A stretch of DNA of 63,382 nt, the filler included, from Octopus bimaculoides (Eukaryota), in NCBI RefSeq assembly GCF_001194135.2. It is 4 parts of 4 records of this genome, joined end to end, with 100 filler letters (N's around TTAATTAATTAA, not from the genome) between each part and the next. Parts side by side here need not be neighbours in the genome. Positions count along the whole stretch, not along the records: positions 43,913 to 63,382 come from NC_068989.1; 3 more parts are not named here. One strand, given 5' to 3'. The notes beneath the pieces were generated by a model, which ran no database searches, was not told the origin of the DNA, and saw only the letters and a list, made by a program, of their open reading frames with translations. Below, piece by piece: positions 54,396-63,382 of the stretch. The position numbers and the translations under genes were made by a program. The number at the start of each line of letters is the position of its first letter. The first letter of the stretch is position 1.

Positions 54396-55259
54396 GCAAA
54401 GGGGTATGTAAAGATCAGTAAGAAAATGAAAACACAAAAATAACTATTTACAAATGAAGTCCCTCAGGATATTTGTTCTGCATCGAATTTGATATTCCCT
54501 TTTCATTCATGTTACCAGATAAGCAATGAACCAGCAACTGACCTACAGGAAACGCTATCTAGTGATGCTATTGTTTACTATTTAAGATGATATAAAACAT
54601 TAACAAGCTATACATCATAGAATTTTCTCATTATATTTCACTGAACATGAATAATGATGCAGTTTGTTAGTAGAATATTCTTTGTAAAGAATATTTTACA
54701 CATACTAGACATTATATATGCACTACATACATTATACATAAATGCATATTTACGTGTTTATATACATACAATGTGTGTGTGTAGTGTTTATATATGTACA
54801 CCTGCTTGTGTTTCCTTTTCTTGATTTCACAGGAGAGTAATACACATGAATAATCTTCATACAAACCACATCATTCGTTTCCAGTCTTTCTTGGAAGCAG
54901 GTAATGTTTGTCAACAAATCAGGTATCTGGCCATAGAAAACTTGCCTCAATAAATGCCATCTCCTCATACAATCGATGACACACACACACACACGAAGTA
55001 GTTACTGCTTGGTTACATGGTACCTAGTTTACATGGTTACATTTAAGCTCTTTTTTGTTTTTGTTTTATTTTATTTCATGTTTATTTTATTTATGCAGGA
55101 ACACCAGTCTATCATTCCCATTTCAATATTTCATTTCTTCAATATTCAGACAGACCACAATTTAAACTAACACCTAATTAAGAATTACTTTACTATATTT
55201 TCTCAAATATTTTTGGTATTCAATAATAGAGTTTCAGATGTCAAGAAAGTTAATTCCTC

Positions 55260-55900
55260 TTGCTGATGATAGTTACCTTATCACAACTGGTGACTTTAAT
55301 GGACATATTGGATTACACCATGATGACTATTCTGATATACACGGAGGCAACAGATGTGGTAGAAGGGATGAAAAAGGAATGAAGGCTCTTGGATTTCTGT
55401 GATGCAGCACTAACTTCAGGAAACATTCCAACCACCTTCAGATAAATGTCGGCCAGGTAGGCTTCATACTCATCAGGAAATGGAACAGGCAACATATTAT
55501 GAATACTAAGTCATTCCCCAATGAAGAATATAAATAGATTAGTGAACAATAGGCTCAAAATAAGAGAGAGAGATGTCTCAGAAACATATGATAATTGGGA
55601 AGAGGAAGCTATGGAGTCTGAAAGGTCACTGAGCTATGCACAGATTCAAAGAAATACTAATTGATGTCTGTAGTGATGAAGTGGATATAGAAATATATAA
55701 CAGAGAAGACAATTGAGAGCTTGCACAAGACAACCTCCTGGAAACAATGGAGTAAGGGTCCAACAAGGCAGGTGACATGGGAGTGGAATGGTACAGTAGA
55801 TAAAGCTATAAAAGCTCTAAAAGATTCCAAGAAAGACTGCAAGAAAGATGGGGGAGTGAAGAGCAGTCAGGTAGCTAAAAAAAAAAAACATAGAAGTCAG
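55260..55900 (+). mobile_element. RTE-like LINE remnant (endonuclease and linker fragments)
   Basis: TGDFNGHIG..H..Y...HGG...G.R motif; RQVTW.WN.TVDKAIK. Confidence 0.7.
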
Positions 55901-56039
55901 ATATATGTAGTACTTGAGGTTTACCAATGTTCTGCCATGAGAAAATAAGAGACATGAAGTATTTTGGATTGTAAAACATTATCTCAGCACTAATTGTAAT
56001 GCAATCAGAGAAAAGTGTGTGCTGAATCATAACAGCATG

Positions 56040-56660
56040 CTAACTATTGCAGACATTAAGAAAAAGGAGGCTTCTGTTTCCAGAACTATTCCCTCCACTA
56101 CTAATTAGGTTTCCTTGGCAACAAACTGTCAACTACTTCTCGGGAGCCTTCCAGTTGTTTGAAAGGATTCATTTCAAGCATGCTTTTACTATGACCTATT
56201 CCTCCGCATCTGTTACAAAGTTCCCCTTTGTCAGCTTAGCTGTGATCTCGCTACATCATTGTGCGCTTATATTTTATATTAGGTATAACTATTTGGCATC
56301 CCTATTTACTATTTTCTTTTCCACTAATTGAGTATGACCATTTCCTAGATGGCATTAGAATCTTGTCTTTTTTCCTACTAAAACATTTGTTGTTGCTAGG
56401 TTTACTCTGAGACTTACCAATTCTATTTTTGCTTCCACATTTGGAATTATCTTTTTGAAAGCTTTAACAGGTTCACCTATGTGAACTTAGTCATCAGCAT
56501 ACAAGAGTTTCTGAGGAGAACTAGTCTTCTGTTAAGGCCTAGAGCACTATAATAAACATTAGGGAACTTAGAAAGGAGCCCTGATGGTCACCTATCTATA
56601 TGCTAGATTCTTTGTTGAACTCATTGCTAACTCAGTCTTTTGCTGACATCATCCCTGTAC
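56040..56660 (-). mobile_element. RTE-like LINE remnant (RT core)
   Basis: Minus strand HQGSFLS.LMFIIVL..LTE and LYADD (ttgtatgctgatgac); heavily decayed. Confidence 0.7.
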
Positions 56661-57017
56661 ACGGCTTCAATGCACATGACTGAGGAAGAAGTTCAGGGAG
56701 TTATTACTTCTGCTGGCAACAAGTAAATGTTTTTGACGTTCTTTCTTCTAGTAAAAGGGTAGATTGCATGATGCTTGTGTACATAGTATAACAATGCATA
56801 GTAATGAAACATGGGCATTGAATGCAATGACTGGAAAGAAATGAGATGAGCATGTCCCACAGAAAGTGTAATGTTAGTATGCATGTATAATGCACAAATG
56901 TGCTGAGAAAAATAGAACTAGATGCAAGAGGAATTAGATGCAGTGAACAAGAGAAAAGACTGAGCTGGTACAAGCATGTGATGTGTATTGAAGATGACAG
57001 TTGGGTAAAGAAGTAGT

Positions 57018-57389
57018 GGAGGCGCAATGACCCAGCGGTTAGGGCAGCGGACTCGCGGTCATACGATCGTGGTTTCGATTCCCAGACCGGGTGTTGTGAG
57101 TGTTTGAGTGAAAACACCTAAAAGCTCCACGAGGCTCCGGCAGGGGATGGTGGTGAACCCTGCTGTACTCTTTCACCACAACTTTCTCTCACTCTTACTT
57201 CCTGTTTCTGTTGTGCCTGTAATTCAAAGGGTCAGCCTTGTCACACTGAATATCCCGAAGAACTACGTTAAGGGTACGCGTGTCTGTAGGAGTACTCATC
57301 CACTTGCACGTTATTTTCACGAGCAGGCTGTTCTGTTAATCGGATCAACTGGAACCCTTGACGTCGTAAGCGACGGAGTGCCAACACAC
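57018..57389 (+). mobile_element. Full-length tRNA-derived SINE (family D) with 11-bp target-site duplication, inserted in an RTE 3' remnant
   Basis: Head ggaggcgcaatgacccagcggttagggcagcggactcgcgg...ggtttcgattccc; TSD AAAGAAGTAGT at 57007-57017 and 57390-57400. Confidence 0.92.
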
Positions 57390-57859
57390 AAAGAAGTAGT
57401 AAGTGATCCAAATGGAAGGAGCCTGCAAAGGCAGAAGACTGAAGGAGATGAAAGGCTGAGGTGGTTAAAAGTTTCAGAAAGTTAAAGACGACAAAGGATC
57501 ACAGCAAATGAGGAAATGCTGTATCAGAGAAAATCCATACAAATCATGCAAACGTAGAAAAATGAAAAATAGACATACAAATGATGATGATGATGATGAT
57601 GATGGAAGATAAAAAAAAAATGGTTAAAATAGATGAATTCATAACCTGAAGCATACCAACTAATTCAAACATTAAAATCATTGTATTGCTGAATACAACA
57701 AGTTAGGATGAATAGCAGATGTAGTTCAACACATGACTATTACAGATTTCTATTCACAAACAACAAAGTTAAAAATTTACCAGCCATTAATTAATATCTT
57801 AAACATTCCAGCCATAAAAAAAATACTCTTCTTCATATGATCAAGTCAATGAAACAAAA

Positions 57860-57865
57860 TTTATT
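57860..57865 (-). promoter_or_regulatory. Probable polyadenylation signal of UQCRH
   Basis: AATAAA on the minus strand about 100 nt downstream of the stop codon. Confidence 0.6.
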
Positions 57866-57961
57866 TTAGACTTGTATTTTTACATGAAGAATTTACAAAA
57901 AAAATTGTCTGTTGATCTAAATAAATTTACAGCTTTGTAAAAGCCTCTACGAACTCCTTCA

Positions 57962-57994
57962 TTATTTCAACTTCGAAAACAATGTTTTTGCTGC
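57962..57994 (-). CDS. UQCRH: UQCRH terminal coding exon (AAKTLFSKLK*)
   Basis: Pyrimidine-rich acceptor tttgtttccag|GCA GCA AAA ACA TTG TTT TCG AAG TTG AAA TAA, phase 0 and compatible with the upstream exon. Equivalent to the family C-terminus (human VAHKLFNNLK). Confidence 0.93.
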   Translation of the reverse strand, partial: AAKTLFSKLK

Positions 57995-58829
57995 CTGGAA
58001 ACAAAGAAGGAAAAAAAATTTGAATAAATAACAGCACATTAATAGAGATAACAAAAATTGTAAATATATCACAATTATTACCATTAGTAAGAAGTTTGCT
58101 ATTATACATTTAACATAATCTTTACATTCATCTAACTTATCATATTCATGTTGAAATACACTGCCTTTTGTCTCAATTAATTTTGAAAATAATGAAGTAT
58201 TCACTAATATAACAGTGTCATTATTGAGCTGGGGCTTAGAACAAATTAACAGAGAATTTTGATGGAAAATGTTAATTTGAATTACTCTAACCATTTAGCA
58301 TTCAGATTACAACCAAATGTAAGGTGTATTTATTCACGTTTTATCATGTAGCTTAGAGATTTTGAAGATAATTGGTTATTTCTAGAATGACATTATAGGA
58401 TAGGTGCAAGAGGCTGGACCAGACCAGTTTGAACAAAAAACAAGTAGAATATTTTGTACTGAATATGGCCAGTTTAAATACTAAAGGGCTAAATCAGGAA
58501 GCTTATATCATAAAACTTGGGGCAGTCTTGAGTGGGTTGGTATCAAAAGAGTTAACTTTGTATCAATTCTGACAGGGCAGACCTATATTGAAAGGCACTC
58601 AAGCTATAACCCATAGCATTTCTATAGGATTATCTAAGTCTACAGTTATCTAGTTATGATGTTAGTGTTTGACTGATGGGAAACATAGTGTGCATTTCTT
58701 TTATATAAACAACAGTGCAACAGTGTTGTTGGTTGCAGGAATCCAATGGTTCCCTTACTGGTTCACTACATTTTTCATGATAAGGGAGAGAGAGAAGTGT
58801 TTGTGTAATTCAGTGCAGATCTTTTATTT

Positions 58830-59020
58830 TGGCACAAGGCCAGCAATTTTGAGGAATGGGGAAATTGATTACATCAACCTCAGTGCTCAACTAGTACATA
58901 TTTCATCAGCTCGCAAAAGAATGTAAGGCAAATTCAACCTCAGCAGAATTTGAACTCAGAACATAAAGACAGATGAAATGCAGCTAAGTATTTTGTCCAC
59001 TGTGCTAACGATTTTGTCAG
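58830..59020 (-). mobile_element. SINE family B in the last UQCRH intron
   Basis: ggcaaattcaacctcagcagaatttgaactcagaac. Confidence 0.8.
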
Positions 59021-60274
59021 ATTGTCACCTTAATGATAATAACAAATATCAAAACATACATGAACATAGAACTTCACTCAAAATAGCTGGCTGTTGTGGA
59101 GGCCACCCCCCAGTGAGAGAAGTAGGCTGTTCCACTACAAATAAATCGCACCCTGTCGGTTACGATGACATGGGTCCCAGCTGATACAATCCACAGAACA
59201 GCTTGCTCATGAAATTAACATGCAAGTGACTGAGCAATCCACAGACACGTGTACCTCTAACGTAGTTCTCACACCTCCCGGTCACTTGTCATTTCCTCAG
59301 TGAGGCCCAGCATCCAAAGATCCTTTCTCACCACTTCATCCCACATCTTCCATAGGTTCCCTTCACAATTAGAGCTCAGCACTTATAATAATATGCTAAT
59401 ATATCTAAATCTTGTATATTGGGAGGGGCATTATGCCAATGATAATAAACACATGCACTGTTTCAATTTCACTCCATTATTGTCAGTCAACTGGTTGGTT
59501 ATCTATGCAACTAACTAATTGATTGTTTGTTTAACCTGTTGGTTAAACAATCGATCAGTTGTTTGTCAAAGCCATTTCAATGTCATTTGCAACCTCATCA
59601 ATGACACACACTCTTTCTTTAGGCCTACTTCAAGTTTATCTGAGAATTATTCCTACAACATCTATGTTTGTCAGGGTGTAGAGGCGTGGAATACAAAAAC
59701 GAAATACAGCTAAAAGTTTTATTATTCCTACAACAAAACTGATTTGTGATACACATCCAAAGTTACAAATCTGGAAGAAGGGTACAGCTTAACCAATTCC
59801 CTTCTTGATTGATACTTATTTTAATTGTCCCAAGAAGATTAAAAATAAGGCTGTCTTCAGTGGGATTTGAACTCAAGATGTAAAGGGACATAACTAAATA
59901 GTGCAAGGTAATATTTTCCAGCACTTTACCAATAGAGCTAATTCAACAACTCTGGTTGTTGAATAAGCAAAATGAGGTAATGAAGAACCAAGGAAACTCC
60001 AGGAGTCGGTTGCCCCACTAGATGGAGAAGCCAAATCTCCCTCAAATTACACCCTACTTACAGAAAAGCAAATTGGGAAGGATACATTGGAAAATAGGGT
60101 TTAGGATATAAACTAGCTGAACAAAGAGAGAAAAATAAAAAAACGAGAATATGAATAATCACAGATTACAAATCAAAGATATGGTCTCTTCAATCAAGGT
60201 TGTTCTGGGACTAAACAAAAACAACAACACTAACGAATCTGCAACAAGGAGTATAAAGATAATGTCCTACTTAC

Positions 60275-60433
60275 ACAATAATCAACACAATGAAATAAAT
60301 CCATTATTTCTTCAGTACAGTCTTCAGATGTTTTAGTGCGAGAATTCACACGGTCATTACAAGTATCTAACTTCTCCTGATACTTTGAACAATTATCCTC
60401 TCGACATTTAGCACGCAAATGGTCGTGGATATC
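60275..60433 (-). CDS. UQCRH: Cytochrome b-c1 complex subunit 6 (hinge protein), internal coding exon, 53 codons, phase 0/0
   Basis: Acceptor ctttcag| and donor |gtaagt bound 159 nt reading DIHDHLRAKCREDNCSKYQEKLDTCNDRVNSRTKTSEDCTEEIMDLFHCVDYC. This matches the UCR_hinge family pattern (C..C..L..C..RV......EDCTEE..D..HC.D.C). Confidence 0.95.
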
Positions 60434-60581
60434 CTGAAAGCAGACAATTAATTCATGAAACTAACAAATGTTGACGAAGGGAAGTAAATAAACTATGACT
60501 AATATATGCTCATACATGTGTGGGTGTGTATGTATGTGTGTGTGTGTGTATGTATATATATATATATATATATCATCATCA

Positions 60582-60984
60582 TCATCATCATTTAACGTCC
60601 GCTTTCCATGCTAGCATGGGTTGGACGACTTGACTGAGGACTGGTGAAACCGGATGGCAACACCAGGCTCCAATCTAAATTTGGCAGAGTTTCTACAGCT
60701 GGATGCCCTTCCTAACGCTAAATAGTACCACTGGACTGGCCCTTGTGCAGGTGGCACATAAAATTTGAACGTGGCCGTTGCCAATACCTCCTAACTGGCC
60801 TTCGTGCCGGTGGCATGTAAAAGCACCCACTACACTCTCGGAGTGGTTGACGTTAGGAAGGGCATCCTGCTGTGGAAACTCTGCCAAATCAGATTGGAGT
60901 CTGGTGTAGCCATCTGGTTCACCAGTCCTCAGTCAAACCGTCCAACCCATGCTAGCATGGAAAGCGGACATTAAACGATGATGA
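60582..60984. mobile_element. MITE with about 135-bp inverted arms, inside (TA)n, in a UQCRH intron
   Basis: 60582-60717 is the reverse complement of 60851-60984 with about a dozen differences. Confidence 0.92.
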
Positions 60985-61599
60985 AATATATATATATATA
61001 TATAGGGAGAATTCACAAAAAAACAAGACAAAGACAAGTGGTGTAGACAACAAACAGATGTATTAGTTTAACACTCAGGAAATGAAAAGTCTTTAACGTT
61101 TCAAGCCTACGCTCTTCAACAGAAAGGAACACAGAAAGAAACAAGGAGAGAAAATAAAGAATGTGTAGTGGTTAGTGATCTATCATAGCGAATATATATA
61201 TATATATCTTAAAAGGAGTTTAGAGGGACATACTATCTGGCTGGATACCATGGTAGCTCTCAGTTATATTCCGGGTAACAGCTAACAACATCAAATAGTA
61301 TTTAACATCTGTGACTACCAGGAATTGTCACTCAGGTGTAAATTGTTCTGATGGGAAATTCTGTGTTGACTTCACTGGATTTTGAGAATGTGTCAGTCTC
61401 CATATTCTCTATCATTATATATATGGTTTCAGACTAAATTTGAATACATTTTGTCTCCTTTTTTTTTTCTTTTTCAGGAACAGCTTGATGTACTGGTGAA
61501 CAGTCAACAGCATTGGAGAGACTAAAGTTGTAGATGAGAAGCATTTAGCTGACATGGAGGATTGAAAGCCTTCTGAACACTGAGGGTTACCCAGATCAG

Positions 61600-62060
61600 G
61601 ATGATTTGTGCCAGGTATCAAAACGCCAACATAATGACTGCTGCTCAATGTTCTGTGAACACTGTAAAGGCTGTAAGACGTGACACGGACATCATGAAAA
61701 CCAAGTTCACCCAAACTGTGTTGGTCTTTAGGTGTGTCTCCAGTGAGGGTGACGTTATGCCACCCAGCATCATTGAACCGGGCTTTAGGCTCAATTCAGA
61801 CAACTATGTGAAGCTGTTGAAGACTGTGGTCAAACAGTGACTAAGAGAAAGTTGTTGCTGGAAGGTCATATGTGTGGCAACAGGACTGGGCATCTTGCCA
61901 AATCTCAGGAAAGAGTCAGAGTGGTTGTTTAAGAATTTCCAATTTCTGGCCTCCTAATTCCCCCGGTTGTAATCCCATAGATTACTATGTGTGGAGAGTA
62001 GTTGAGAAAGACACCAACTGCTATGTCTGCAACGCCAAGCTTGGAGACATCAAATGAGAG
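61600..62060 (+). mobile_element. Internally deleted Tc1/mariner-superfamily transposase remnant
   Basis: KTKF.QTVLVF.CVSSEGDVMPP...WQQD...FWPPNSP..NPIDYYVW.VVEK. The D in the SPxLNPxDY position suggests a DD37D/DD41D-type family. Confidence 0.85.
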
Positions 62061-63382
62061 TGCAAGCTCGTCTGATAAAAAAAATTCATCTGAAAATGAA
62101 ACGTCTTCTCAAAAAAAAAGTCGCCAGGAAAGGGATTAATAGCCGTATGATGATGATGTAACCATATGTCTCCTGTATAGCAAGACACATGCTTGTCTCT
62201 CTGTAAGTTCTCAACTCTTGTATAAAACCACTGCCGTCTCTACAACACCACTACTCAGTGAAGGTGTTCTTTTATTTGAGTTGTGTTATTTGGCAATCTC
62301 GCTAGTATCATTGTCACAGAAAAAAAGATACTCAGTACATTCAGTAGAGTTACTGGCACTAGGAAGAGCATCTAGCCATAGAAATCATGCCAAAACAGAC
62401 ATGGGAGCTCAACACTATCCTCCGAAAACTTTAGATCCTATTAAGCCATCTGGCCAACATGAAAATTAGGTGCTTGATAATGATCATGATGATGACGTAA
62501 GGCAGTGAATTGGCGGAGTTATTAGTAAGTCTGGACAACCTTCCTTGTAGTATTTCTTCCAGCTCACTACATTCCAAGTTCAAATTTCATTGAGATTGAA
62601 TTTGTTTTTCCATTGCCCAGGTGGATAAAATAAAGTACCAGTCAAGATTTCACATTTTAAAAGAAAAATTAGAAGTGGAGAACAATCAGTTATATTATAA
62701 CCAGAGCTTGCAGTTAATTAACAGGTATTTGTATTTTATCAACTCTGGAAGGATGAATAGTAGTCAACATTAAGACGATGTGAAGTCAGACTGCAAAGGG
62801 ACATAACTAAAGGCTTTCTCTTTAGCTACTGACAATTAACTGCCTTGGACGTGAGTAATAATGAATATATATTAGCACAGACATGTCTGTAGGAGTTAAG
62901 AAGTTTGCTTTTCAATCACATGGTTTCAGGTTCAGTTCTACTGTATCTTCTACTATAAACTCAGGCCAGCCAAGGCTTAATGAGTGGATATGATAGATGG
63001 AAACTGAAAGAAATCTCTATATATATATATGTGTGTGTGCATATATATATGTATGTGTGTATTCCTTGGCTGTCGCCGAGCAAACACACAAACCATTTCG
63101 TCCCTACTTTCAAGTTCATGCCTCACAGCGTTCATACACAAACAATTTTTCTCGTCTGGCCGTAAAGCCTTTTCTGTTTGTTTTCCTGTCTTGTTTTTTG
63201 TCTGCCACGACATTCCTCCATGGCAAGATTTAATTTGTGTATACAAATTTAATTTGCGGTCCATGGGAAGAGCTGTTTTAACGATGCGTTCTGCCTAGCT
63301 CTTCGAAACGCCGGTGTTAAAACGGAGGTAGCTGATGAAGTAGAATGTTCTCTATGTGGCTTGTGTGTTTTCTCGTCTCTGT

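Noticed and set aside
57018-57095. tRNA-like sequence
   Set aside because: It is the head of a SINE (continuous with the SINE body and bounded by a TSD), not a tRNA gene.

Overview
Repeat-rich animal genomic DNA, most likely a coleoid cephalopod (Octopus-type SINE families and very dense CA/TA/AG/trinucleotide microsatellites; recognised from sequence character, not from a search). Three identical artificial spacers (44 N + TTAATTAATTAA + 44 N) show the window is a concatenation of four scaffold pieces (1-20836, 20937-29983, 30084-43812, 43913-63382), so adjacency across them is not evidence of linkage. Almost all ORFs in the supplied track are artefacts of microsatellites or N gaps. The one securely identified gene is the 3' part of UQCRH (complex III hinge protein; two minus-strand exons, 60433-60275 and 57994-57962). 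The rest is mostly mobile DNA: tRNA-derived SINEs, decayed LINEs (L1/Tx1-like, HERO-like, CR1-like, RTE-like), a Tc1/mariner remnant, hairpin MITEs, a Helitron 3' end and Penelope-like repeats. The best novelty candidate is a hand-assembled microexon gene at about 24.4-28.4 kb (+) that would end in a 25-residue, six-cysteine peptide (CNLFPSHLECVCRRKCFTETCCKFF); it is an inference needing RNA evidence.
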